Under the pieces are notes generated by a model. It did not search any database. It worked only from the letters and a program-made list of their open reading frames with translations, and had not been told where the DNA came from. Of a stretch of 28,142 nt of DNA, positions 7,888 to 16,024 are shown in pieces. The stretch's first letter is position 1. Each line of letters opens with the position of its first letter. The stretch is from a virus, in IMG/VR virus record IMGVR_UViG_3300045988_090680. The stretch is one strand, 5' to 3'. The translations under genes were made by a program, and so were the position numbers.

Positions 7888-8302
7888 CGCTATATTCCCC
7901 CTCGTTCAGTTTGCGTTCTGCCTCTTCCGTGCCTACGGTGCTGAGGTATTGCTGTTCAATCTCTATAATGTCTTTGATGTTGCTTTCGGCAGCGTCGCTC
8001 AATGCTCCGATTTTTGGGTATTTATTCGTGCCAATCTCTTGGTACAGTCCATAGAAGCCGCCCAGTTTAAATCCTACCTGCAAGTCAGGAATTTTTTGCT
8101 TTGAGCGTACCCAATACTGCGTATTTTTCGCCAATCGCCCTGACCTGCGTTTTATTTTCTGCCTTGTCCGTTTACATACCAGTTTTCCAACATCACGCAG
8201 AGCGGCTCTCTCAAGCTCTTTGAGCGTGTACTGAATGCGATCAACATTGCTGATTATCTCAACGCCGTTTTTTGTGATTTTGACTGCTTTAGGAAGTGAC
8301 AT
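7880..8302 (-). CDS. HK97 gp10-family head-tail joining protein
   Basis: Sequence (...ELERAALRDVGKLVCKRTRQKIKRRSGRLAKN...) and position fit the family. ATG at 8302 has AGGTGA 5 nt upstream. Confidence 0.65.
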   Translation of the reverse strand: MSLPKAVKITKNGVEIISNVDRIQYTLKELERAALRDVGKLVCKRTRQKIKRRSGRLAKNTQYWVRSKQKIPDLQVGFKLGGFYGLYQEIGTNKYPKIGALSDAAESNIKDIIEIEQQYLSTVGTEEAERKLNEGEYSGE

Positions 8303-8612
8303 TGTTTTCACCTACCACATCCGTTAAATACAGCTCTGTACGCTCCGTTCCTTTGATTTGATATGCACGATAGATTTTGAACTTTTTATTATCAAGGTAG
8401 CAAAATTCTTCGTTCTGATACTCAAAGGAATTAACTTCAAGCATACATTCAGGTTTTAATCCGTTAGCTTGTGCCTGAAAGAACTCGGATTGTCTGACAT
8501 ATTGCCGCTGAGCATAGACCTTGCGGAGCTTTTCGGACTGAACGATTTCACCGATATCGTTTGTTGTTTCGTTATAGCCCGAAACAAGCAAAATCAAAGT
8601 ATCTGCATTCAT
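8289..8612 (-). CDS. Head closure / head-tail adaptor protein
   Basis: ATG at 8612 is preceded by GAGAGGAG. About 107 aa, with a typical size and position after the gp6-like connector. The 20-aa N-terminal extension in the track ORF overlaps the upstream gene and is rejected. Confidence 0.65.
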   Translation of the reverse strand: MNADTLILLVSGYNETTNDIGEIVQSEKLRKVYAQRQYVRQSEFFQAQANGLKPECMLEVNSFEYQNEEFCYLDNKKFKIYRAYQIKGTERTELYLTDVVGENNVTS

Positions 8613-8617
8613 TCTGT

Positions 8618-8884
8618 TTACGCTCCTCTCGCCGCCATTGCATCGCGCAATTCTTCGTAATGCCGTGCCCATTCGCTATCAGCTGTCACCGAAAAATAAG
8701 CACGGCAATAGAATTTGATTGCCTGCATAACAAGTGCAGTTGAGTTTTTGTCGGTGACATTAACTCCTGCACCTGCCATGTCACTTTTGGCAGAATCAAT
8801 GAGGGCAGATATTTCATCGTCAAACAGCACCGTATTGATACGGAGCGAAACCTTTACGGCTTCAATTTCATTAGATACTGCCAT
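8618..8884 (-). CDS. gp6-like head-tail connector protein
   Basis: 88 aa. ...VKVSLRINTVLFDDEISALIDSAKSDM... is the typical pattern of the phage gp6-like head-tail connector family. It lies directly after the capsid gene. Confidence 0.7.
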   Translation of the reverse strand: MAVSNEIEAVKVSLRINTVLFDDEISALIDSAKSDMAGAGVNVTDKNSTALVMQAIKFYCRAYFSVTADSEWARHYEELRDAMAARGA

Positions 8885-8898
8885 AATTCAAACCTCTT

Positions 8899-10101
8899 TT
8901 AAGCGCTCTTTTTTACGAGCTTAACAAGGCTGTGAGTATCCACAACCTTACCGTCTGCAAGCATTACGGCTTTAATGACTGTGTTATCGGTGTCGTCCTC
9001 TTCGTACTTCTTGACACTTAAGCCCATTACCTCGTTGAAGATGTAATCGTTAAGATTGAACATCATTGCGAAGGTTGTGTCGGCTGAAACCGTGTCAGCA
9101 TACGAATCCATATAGCCGTCTGTCGGGATAACAGCACGACCGAAAAGTGAGAGTGACGGCTTGCCGTTAAGTCCTTCGGACATACGAGCGACAGGCTGAC
9201 CGTTGCTGTCTGTAATGCCCATGAATGCAAAGAACGACTTCTTTGTCATCAGCCATACAGCGTCATCGTATGCAGCAGGAAGAGCCGCCTCAGCCGAGCA
9301 AAGTGTTGAATATGTAAGCTTGCCGGTTTTTGCAATCTCGATTGTCTGACCGTCAGGCGGAGTGCATGAAAGGATGCCGGTTGGCGAACCTGAACCCGAA
9401 CCCTTAATAATTGCCATTTCACAAGCCTTAACAACTGCGTTCTTGATCTGGTCAATAAACTGTGATTCAAAAATATCAAGTGCAGTCTTTGTCATAAAGA
9501 GCGAGAACGCAACCTTGCATTCAAGCTTATAGCCGGCAAAGACAACCTTGTCAGTAGTAACCTGCTGCTGGTCTGAACCCTTTTCCTCATCAACCCAGCT
9601 TGCTGTTGGACGGATGTTCTGTGTGGGGATAAGGAGTGCTGTCGGATAAGCCGTCTTGAACACTCTTGCGTAAATTTCGCCGATTTTTTCAAGTTCAACG
9701 ATTAAACGCTGATACATTGTGGTCGGCACAATAGCCGCCGCAGTGCTTGATGTGGTCTGTGATGCCACATTCATAAACTTCTGTGGCACGGGTACGCCGT
9801 TCTGAATATAGTTAGCAAAAGCTTTTCTGTATTCAAGTGTTGCGTACATATCTGTTACCTGTTCGCCCTCATCTGTAAGGTCGATGTTTGTCTTGTGATT
9901 TTCAAATGGTGCAGGCGGCATTTTGATTCCCTCCTCTGCATTTTTGTTTGCCTTGTTTACGGCAGAATTTTCAAAGTCGTTGTCGAGCTTGTCAATCTGC
10001 TGTGTGATCTCTTTCGCCTCGGCGAGCTTATTTTCTGCAATGAGCTTTTTTGCCTTGTCGTAGAGAGCATTTCTCTTGTCGAGATATTCCTGTTTGTTCA
10101 T
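8899..10101 (-). CDS. Major capsid protein, HK97 family (with N-terminal coiled-coil delta/scaffold domain)
   Basis: 400 aa. N-terminal helical region, then ...TLEYRKAFANYIQNG... followed by an HK97-like body. ATGA overlap with the protease gene. Confidence 0.9.
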   Translation of the reverse strand: MNKQEYLDKRNALYDKAKKLIAENKLAEAKEITQQIDKLDNDFENSAVNKANKNAEEGIKMPPAPFENHKTNIDLTDEGEQVTDMYATLEYRKAFANYIQNGVPVPQKFMNVASQTTSSTAAAIVPTTMYQRLIVELEKIGEIYARVFKTAYPTALLIPTQNIRPTASWVDEEKGSDQQQVTTDKVVFAGYKLECKVAFSLFMTKTALDIFESQFIDQIKNAVVKACEMAIIKGSGSGSPTGILSCTPPDGQTIEIAKTGKLTYSTLCSAEAALPAAYDDAVWLMTKKSFFAFMGITDSNGQPVARMSEGLNGKPSLSLFGRAVIPTDGYMDSYADTVSADTTFAMMFNLNDYIFNEVMGLSVKKYEEDDTDNTVIKAVMLADGKVVDTHSLVKLVKKSA

Positions 10102-10760
10102 TCTTCTTCAACTTCCTTTCGTTTAAGTAATTCAAGTTTTGCTGTAAGCTGTGTTTTTTCGTCCCTCATCTGTTTGATGATTGTATCAGGGATAAGGCCG
10201 TTAAGGCTTGCCGCAAATTTAACCTCTTTTGGCTTTTCGGCATATTCCGTGACCTTATCAATAAAACCTTTTTCAACCGCCTCATCAGCAGTAAGCCAAG
10301 TTTCTTTATCCATAAGTCCGATAAGCTCGTTCTCACTCATACCGGTTTTTAGCCTGTACGCTGTCGCAACGGCTTTACTTGCTTTAAGTAACACGCCTGA
10401 TTCATGTGCCATGTCATTGTAATCGCCTGCGGCATAGCTTGAAACATTATGAATCATAAGCATACCTGTCGGCACAATTTCAGATGTGCACGCACAAGCA
10501 ATATACGAAGCAGCTGAGGCGGCAAAAATAACCTTGATTGTAGCCTTGCTTTCGGCGAGCATATCGTAAATTTCGGAGGCGGCAAAGATGTCACCACCTG
10601 ATGAATTAATAACAACCTGTACGCCCTCATCGTCCGCCACATCATCAAGCTGTAAGCGAATGTCGGCCGGGCAACAAGAAGCTACTCCAAACCAGTCGTA
10701 AATCCACTTGTCATCGTTCGTAATGATAGGGCCCTTAATGTCAATCGTTTTCGGCATCAT
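10098..10760 (-). CDS. ClpP-like (S14) prohead maturation protease
   Basis: INSSGGDIFAASEIYDML...AASAASYIACA is the ClpP-family serine protease core. Start at ATG 10760 after GAAGGAGGTGA. Located between the portal and capsid genes. Confidence 0.9.
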   Translation of the reverse strand: MMPKTIDIKGPIITNDDKWIYDWFGVASCCPADIRLQLDDVADDEGVQVVINSSGGDIFAASEIYDMLAESKATIKVIFAASAASYIACACTSEIVPTGMLMIHNVSSYAAGDYNDMAHESGVLLKASKAVATAYRLKTGMSENELIGLMDKETWLTADEAVEKGFIDKVTEYAEKPKEVKFAASLNGLIPDTIIKQMRDEKTQLTAKLELLKRKEVEEE

Positions 10761-11943
10761 TTTCACCTCCTTCGTCAACTGCAACTGTATCTAATCTTCT
10801 GAGCGGAGTATCACCGCCCGGAACAGGAGCAAGACCAAGTGATTCTCGCCATTCATTCGGAAGCATTGCACCACGGTCAACCATTCCGGCAAAATTTAGC
10901 TTAGTTTTAAGACTTGCAGATTGTAGATTGAACGAACCTACTGCGATGTAATTTCCACAACTACGCTGACGGCGAGTGAATAGTTTCCGTGTCAGCTCGT
11001 TTTTAAGCTGAATAATTTTAGGTGAAATCACCGCCTCAAAGTAGGCGTTTTCTTCATCTTCGTTCGCTGTTGATGTAATAATTTTCACATTAGTGTTAAA
11101 AAGCTCAAGGATTCTGTTTTTTGTTCTATCCATTTGCAAAGCATTTGGAACATAGTCATTCGGGGTTATCTGATTTGCGTCAACTTTTGCGTCAACTGCC
11201 GCAACACCCACGGAGCTGTTGCTGATGTTAAGGTAGTTATCAGCAAACGCTTTTGCGTTCTTCTTCAAATCCTCAGGGCGCAACGATGAAGTATATTTCA
11301 GCAACCATTTAATTACGCTTGAATTTCTGATAGCGCTGATGATGCCGCTGTCGGTTGTTTCGACAATTTCAAGCAAAGGTGCAAGAGCCTTAAATTTACC
11401 GCTTCCGAATATGTCATTTTCAGCAAAATCATCACGCAAGTGAATAACATCTTCTGAGGCAAAACGATAGGTCTTGCCGTTTGCAAGAATAAATTCATAC
11501 ACAAGGTTGCCGTTAGTGTCGTACAAGTCCGTAGCTGATTTAGCCGGTATGAAATACAATTCCGTAGGCAAGCCGTTTGCGTCCCTAATTATTAGCCAAA
11601 AAGCATTGCCCGATAACGATAACTGTGTGCTTGTCCTATACAAAAGCATATCCATTGTTGTGTACGGGTTAGGTTCTTCAAGCAAGAACTTGACGTAAGG
11701 TTCGGGATTGATTAAGAGGTCTTTTCTGCCGTCAACGATTGTTTCTCTTATGTGCTTAATTGATAATTTTGAAAATCTGAGAGCCTGTGCATTAACGCAA
11801 GCTCGGACGGTGTCGGAATCATATGCTCTGTTGCCCCACAAAAAGAAATTTGAATTATTCTGTGTGACAAGTTCAACCCTTGAAAAATTCTTTGTCTTTC
11901 TGACATTGCGAACAGAATTTAAAAAGTTCTTAAATTTTCCCAT
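10741..11943 (-). CDS. Portal protein (HK97-type)
   Basis: 400 aa directly after TerL. AGGAGGTGA lies 4 nt before the ATG at 11943. Size and synteny are typical. Confidence 0.85.
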   Translation of the reverse strand: MGKFKNFLNSVRNVRKTKNFSRVELVTQNNSNFFLWGNRAYDSDTVRACVNAQALRFSKLSIKHIRETIVDGRKDLLINPEPYVKFLLEEPNPYTTMDMLLYRTSTQLSLSGNAFWLIIRDANGLPTELYFIPAKSATDLYDTNGNLVYEFILANGKTYRFASEDVIHLRDDFAENDIFGSGKFKALAPLLEIVETTDSGIISAIRNSSVIKWLLKYTSSLRPEDLKKNAKAFADNYLNISNSSVGVAAVDAKVDANQITPNDYVPNALQMDRTKNRILELFNTNVKIITSTANEDEENAYFEAVISPKIIQLKNELTRKLFTRRQRSCGNYIAVGSFNLQSASLKTKLNFAGMVDRGAMLPNEWRESLGLAPVPGGDTPLRRLDTVAVDEGGENDAEND

Positions 11944-11954
11944 TCTCTCACCTC

Positions 11955-13643
11955 CTAAACAATGCTTAGGTATTCATCTTCGTACTCAAAATATATCGTG
12001 TAAGCGTCAAGCAAAGCCGCAGTACCGTCAATTCGTCTTGTTGACTTTGAGGTCTTAATCGGCTGTATATTACCGTTTCTGTCCTCATCTATTGCGGTGT
12101 TTGCGAGACACCATTTATCAATTGGATTGTTGTTGTAAATTATTCTTTTCTTTACAAGGTCGGCTTTGAGAGCTTTCATCGGAGCAGACAGCGTTTTCTT
12201 ACCCTGATGTACAGCTTCCATAACGGTAGGACCGAAAGCGTCAATCATCTGATTAACCCACATCTGAGCTGACCAAGCGTCATAGCCCTCTTTCCATAAG
12301 TAAATATCGTATTCGTCTTGCAGTTCTTGATACCACTCCGTAACAACACTTGCGTCAATTTTGTTTCCGGGGCAGGTACGCATAAAGCCTTGTTCTATCC
12401 ACTTGTCATACGGGATCTTATCCTCGGTTACTTTTTTCTCCACAAGGTCTGCCGGTATCCAGTACATAGACAACACATAAATATTTTCATTGTCAGGCAC
12501 TCGGAACAACATCTTGGCCGCCGTAAGGTCGGTTGTGCTTGATAAGTCTGCGCCGCCTATCCCGTAGGTTGGGCGGAGTTCCTTAACATCAAATTTTGTT
12601 TCGTTGTTAAGCTCATCGAAATTGAGCCACGATTCAGTTGATGTTTCGGCTATGTTAAATTCTTTGCATACAAGGTTTCGCACAAGCGACGGATTTGCTT
12701 GCGCTTTCTTAACTTTGCTTGCAAGAGCATTTCGATTTTTAATCGTGCCAAGTCCGGGGTTTGCCTTTTCCCAGCAATCGGGTTTTTCCCACTCTTCACG
12801 CTTGTCGAGTTCGTAAATAATGTAAAGGCTGTGTTCGTCCTTATAGCCTACATCGTCAAACAAGCCATTTGTGGTGCGGACGGCGTCATCATAGATTTCA
12901 TCATAGATGTCCTCTCTGATTTTTCCGGCTGTTGTTGTAACAAGAATAAGCGGTTGGTCTCGTCCGATCGTACCGTCTGCCATAATGTCATACAACTGTC
13001 TGCCGTTCTTCCATTGATGAAGTTCGTCCATAAGGCAACAATGCACATTCAGACCGTCAAGCGTGTCCGAATCGGAAGCAAGCGGCTTAAACACTCCGCA
13101 ATTGTAGTCCTCTGAACTCAACTCATTTAACAACGGTTTAATTCGCTTCAATAAAGTTTCACTCTTGCGAACCATTCGTTTTGCTTCCTGCCAAATGATT
13201 TTAGCTTGGTCACGCTTTGTAGCAACTGCATACACTTCGGGACCGGGTTCACCGTCGCCGATGAGCATATACAAGCCAATCGCAGAGGCAAGCAAAGACT
13301 TGCCGTTCTTTTTTCCGATAATCAGCACAGATAAGTTATATTGTCTTATACCGTCATCGTCTACAAAGCCAAATGTCGCCGCAAGCCACGCTTTTTCCCA
13401 CAGTTCAAGCTTCACAAGCTGACCGCCCATTTTGCCTTTACTATGTCGGCAATAGTTTTCAACAAATTCAATGATGTGATTTCCTCGCTTAGCTTCGTAA
13501 TGATAGCCGTCCGTCGGATTAATCACCTTATCACTTAAATGTTTGTACCATTTGCGTATTTTGTCGCAAACAGTAACCTTGCCGTTCTTTATCTGCTCGT
13601 AATATTCAAGTATCGGATTATAACTTAATGGATAGCGCTTCAA
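11955..13643 (-). CDS. terL: Terminase large subunit (Terminase_1 type)
   Basis: 562 aa. ...KLELWEKAWLAATFGF... and the Walker A-like IGKKNGKSLLAS...EVYAVATKRDQAKIIW are hallmark motifs. TTG start overlaps the TerS stop (TTGA). Confidence 0.95.
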   Translation of the reverse strand: MKRYPLSYNPILEYYEQIKNGKVTVCDKIRKWYKHLSDKVINPTDGYHYEAKRGNHIIEFVENYCRHSKGKMGGQLVKLELWEKAWLAATFGFVDDDGIRQYNLSVLIIGKKNGKSLLASAIGLYMLIGDGEPGPEVYAVATKRDQAKIIWQEAKRMVRKSETLLKRIKPLLNELSSEDYNCGVFKPLASDSDTLDGLNVHCCLMDELHQWKNGRQLYDIMADGTIGRDQPLILVTTTAGKIREDIYDEIYDDAVRTTNGLFDDVGYKDEHSLYIIYELDKREEWEKPDCWEKANPGLGTIKNRNALASKVKKAQANPSLVRNLVCKEFNIAETSTESWLNFDELNNETKFDVKELRPTYGIGGADLSSTTDLTAAKMLFRVPDNENIYVLSMYWIPADLVEKKVTEDKIPYDKWIEQGFMRTCPGNKIDASVVTEWYQELQDEYDIYLWKEGYDAWSAQMWVNQMIDAFGPTVMEAVHQGKKTLSAPMKALKADLVKKRIIYNNNPIDKWCLANTAIDEDRNGNIQPIKTSKSTRRIDGTAALLDAYTIYFEYEDEYLSIV

Positions 13644-14014
13644 AGCTTGTCACGCCCTTCAACGAAATCGTCAAAGCCGTCTGTTGTCGCAGTCTTTGTC
13701 TCGGTCATTTTCGGAAGCATATCGTTGAGTTGCTTGATGTATTTAAGATAATTTCCAAGCATCGTGTTATACAAATCTGCCTCAGGTCTTTTGCGTGAGT
13801 ACGGCTCTTGTGTTTCCGACTGCGAAAACAATTCAGTTAAGCCATAGATCGCAATATCCTGTTGCAGTTCTTTCAGTCTGATTCGAGTGAACGCCGCATT
13901 CTCAATTAGGCCAACAGCTAAGTCTTTTTTCTTAACTTCTATGTCCTTGTAGATTTCCGTTAATCGTTTTATCTCTCGCTTAATCGCTCTTTGTTCCTTC
14001 TGTTCGTCAGTCAT
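13640..14014 (-). CDS. terS: Terminase small subunit (P27-family-like)
   Basis: 124-aa helical protein immediately upstream of and coupled to TerL, downstream of the HNH gene. Confidence 0.65.
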   Translation of the reverse strand: MTDEQKEQRAIKREIKRLTEIYKDIEVKKKDLAVGLIENAAFTRIRLKELQQDIAIYGLTELFSQSETQEPYSRKRPEADLYNTMLGNYLKYIKQLNDMLPKMTETKTATTDGFDDFVEGRDKL

Positions 14015-14052
14015 TTCAAGTCACCGTCCTTTCGCACAAGTTTTTTTAGGGG

Positions 14053-14099
14053 GAGGGGGGCTATATGTAAGGTACGCAAAAAATCTAACTGCCCCCCTC
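14053..14099. repeat. GC-rich 9-bp perfect inverted repeat in the HNH-TerS gap; candidate cos/terminase recognition element
   Basis: GAGGGGGGC (14053-14061) and GCCCCCCTC (14091-14099), 29-nt spacer. Embedded in the G-tract AGGGGGGAGGGGGG (14048-14060), which follows T7 (14041-14047). No U-run follows on either strand. Confidence 0.4.
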
Positions 14100-14447
14100 G
14101 GTCCTACGGTTACCGGTTTCCGATTTTTCAACGGGGGGGATAATCGGTCGGAGCATTCCGCTTTCGTCGAAAAAATATTTTTTCGGTTCGCAACCTATCC
14201 CGTGTCCCGGTAAATTATCGTGACATTTTTTACACACAAATAATAAATTGTCGTAATTGAGAGTAACATCAGGATTGTTTATGTTGCTCTCATTAATCAT
14301 GATCTTATGGTGCACGATAAAACCGTGTTGCTCTTTACACAGCTGACACAATCCGCCGTCAACAAGCATTCGCTCTGCGATAAAGCTCTGTCGGCAATCC
14401 TGCCAACGCTTTGATTTGTAGAAACTCTTAGCAAACGCTTTAGCCAT
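14085..14447 (-). CDS. HNH endonuclease (packaging-associated)
   Basis: CQLCKEQHGFIVHHKIMI...LLFVCKKCHDNLPGH gives CxxC...HH...CxxCH. It lies just upstream of terS/terL, as in HK97-like cos phages. Confidence 0.9.
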   Translation of the reverse strand: MAKAFAKSFYKSKRWQDCRQSFIAERMLVDGGLCQLCKEQHGFIVHHKIMINESNINNPDVTLNYDNLLFVCKKCHDNLPGHGIGCEPKKYFFDESGMLRPIIPPVEKSETGNRRTEGGS

Positions 14448-14466
14448 ATATGCACCGCCAAATAAT

Positions 14467-14511
14467 AATGGACTTACAATACAGATAGTCCTTCTGCATC
14501 ATAAGTCCATT
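14467..14511. promoter_or_regulatory. 10-bp perfect hairpin in the leader of the late (HNH-terminase) operon
   Basis: AATGGACTTA (14467-14476) and TAAGTCCATT (14502-14511), 25-nt loop. No good sigma-A promoter is visible on the minus strand in 14448-14558. Confidence 0.4.
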
Positions 14512-14558
14512 GTATAATTTTTTGCTGTTATTTTTAGGTGCAATTTTATTATTGTAAG

Positions 14559-14795
14559 CTACTGTTTGTCTGCTTTAACCAGCCCTAATAAATAATCAGA
14601 TGTTACGCCTAAAGCAATAGCTAATTTACGAATAGTCATTGCTGTCGGCGACATCTCAGCAGTCAAATATTTGCATATCTGACTACGTTGTATTCCTGAC
14701 ATTCTCGACAGTTTTGTTGCACCTATGTTCCTTGATGTCATAGCCTTTTCAAGCTGTCTTGAAAATGTTAAATCTGTTCTGTGTGACTTATCCAT
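14559..14795 (-). CDS. Small XRE-family HTH transcriptional regulator (late-operon-proximal)
   Basis: 78 aa. ...LEKAMTSRNIGATKLSRMSGIQRSQICKYLT....TIRKLAIALGVTSDYLLGL is a classic HTH_3 pattern. Confidence 0.8.
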   Translation of the reverse strand: MDKSHRTDLTFSRQLEKAMTSRNIGATKLSRMSGIQRSQICKYLTAEMSPTAMTIRKLAIALGVTSDYLLGLVKADKQ

Positions 14796-14983
14796 TAATC
14801 AAGCCACCCTTTACCGGATTCGTATCTTCGTGCAATCGCCGGCAATGCGCTGTAACAGTCATAGCAAATCTCTAATCTTACAAACCTCACCTTGTGTCCC
14901 TCGTTAGCCTTTGCCCAAAGTTTTACTCTAAAATCTCTTTTTCCAAACGCTTTTTTACAAGCGTCGCAATGATGTACTTTCAT
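14795..14983 (-). CDS. Small zinc-ribbon protein
   Basis: 62 aa with CDAC...CYDC (two CxxC pairs). AAAGGAGA SD upstream. Its stop shares one nucleotide with the HTH gene start (TAATG). Confidence 0.55.
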   Translation of the reverse strand: MKVHHCDACKKAFGKRDFRVKLWAKANEGHKVRFVRLEICYDCYSALPAIARRYESGKGWLD

Positions 14984-15036
14984 TTTTTGTTATCTCCTTT
15001 CAGTCTCCCTGTTAATCTCCTTAATCTCTTTAGCTG

Positions 15037-15261
15037 TCAATCCACTTCACGCTCCTCCTCGTCAAGCATACCAAGTTCCTGCGCAAACGCAACAACAGCG
15101 TTTACAATCAAATGCAAATCCTTGCCTTTGATATTGCACATATTAAAGCAAACATCGCCCTCATCGTTATCAAGTTTACCAAAATCAATAACAAGTCCCT
15201 TTGTAATCGTCTTGCTTTCATTGTTATCGTAATTAACGGTAATGTTTTTAATATCTTTCAT
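15037..15261 (-). CDS. Small acidic hypothetical protein
   Basis: 74 aa with 16 D/E versus 8 K/R and a C-terminus of DEEEREVD. 4-nt overlap with the upstream ORF. Confidence 0.6.
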   Translation of the reverse strand: MKDIKNITVNYDNNESKTITKGLVIDFGKLDNDEGDVCFNMCNIKGKDLHLIVNAVVAFAQELGMLDEEEREVD

Positions 15262-15680
15262 TCTTCTACCTCACTTTCAAGCCAATGTTTTGTACAGTCA
15301 ATACAGCTGTCATTGAATCGCTTTTCCATAGGACAGCCGACATACGGAGTTCCGTACGGGCAACTGAAAAAGTCTATACAACTTCGAGCCATTTCATCAA
15401 TACTCATTGATTTAATCCTTTCAAAATTTGTCATTCTTAACTTTTCATTGCAGCTGATTTTCTGGATATGCGACACTCTAAATACAGTATTTTTAACTAC
15501 TTCATTATTCTCATCAATACAAAAATAAAAATTTAACGGCACTGATAAATTAGGATTGTCCGCAAAAGCTTTTTCGCCAGTTTGGTGTAATATGCCTGCG
15601 TATATCGCTCCATCATACAGAGTAATTGTTACATCCTTACCTAAATACTTTTCAAATTCAGTTCTTGTCATTATTTTCAC
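15258..15680 (-). CDS. Hypothetical protein with Cys-rich C-terminal module
   Basis: 140 aa. The C-terminus is ...SIDEMARSCIDFFSCPYGTPYVGCPMEKRFNDSCIDCTKHWL. Coupled to its neighbours by 4-nt overlaps. Confidence 0.65.
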   Translation of the reverse strand: MKIMTRTEFEKYLGKDVTITLYDGAIYAGILHQTGEKAFADNPNLSVPLNFYFCIDENNEVVKNTVFRVSHIQKISCNEKLRMTNFERIKSMSIDEMARSCIDFFSCPYGTPYVGCPMEKRFNDSCIDCTKHWLESEVEE

Positions 15681-16024
15681 TCCTTATCCATTTTTGCTCC
15701 GCAGTAAGGGCAATATGGATACAAATCAATACCCTCGCTAAAAACGCCCGCATAAAGAGCAATAAAATTACCACACTCAGAACATAAATAAATTGCACAG
15801 TCGACACCCTCGCTGTCATATTCCCAACTTCCGTGCTTAATCTCTTGCATTTCACACACGGTTGCTTCGTTAGGTTTGCTTCCGTCAATCTCAATAATGC
15901 GTTTTACATTTTCGGCGTTTTTCTTTGAATTGAAATACAAAGTGAAATTGCTACCATTATAATCGGGTATATCCAATGCATAGTCACCGCAAAAATCACG
16001 GATTTTTAATTCTTTTTCAATCAT
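15677..16024 (-). CDS. Hypothetical protein with C-terminal zinc ribbon
   Basis: 115 aa with CSECG...(x19)...CPYCGAKM. Confidence 0.65.
   Translation of the reverse strand: MIEKELKIRDFCGDYALDIPDYNGSNFTLYFNSKKNAENVKRIIEIDGSKPNEATVCEMQEIKHGSWEYDSEGVDCAIYLCSECGNFIALYAGVFSEGIDLYPYCPYCGAKMDKE

Noticed and set aside
14484-14491. GATAGTCC 8-mer shared between the late-operon leader loop and the terminator stem at 597-604
   Set aside because: A single shared 8-mer is about what chance predicts in 28 kb counted on both strands, and there is no further flanking similarity.
14513-14518. Perfect TATAAT on the + strand as an antisense promoter against the small HTH gene
   Set aside because: No acceptable -35 or TG extension at the correct spacing and no downstream + strand ORF. 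It is kept only as a caveat in the leader finding.
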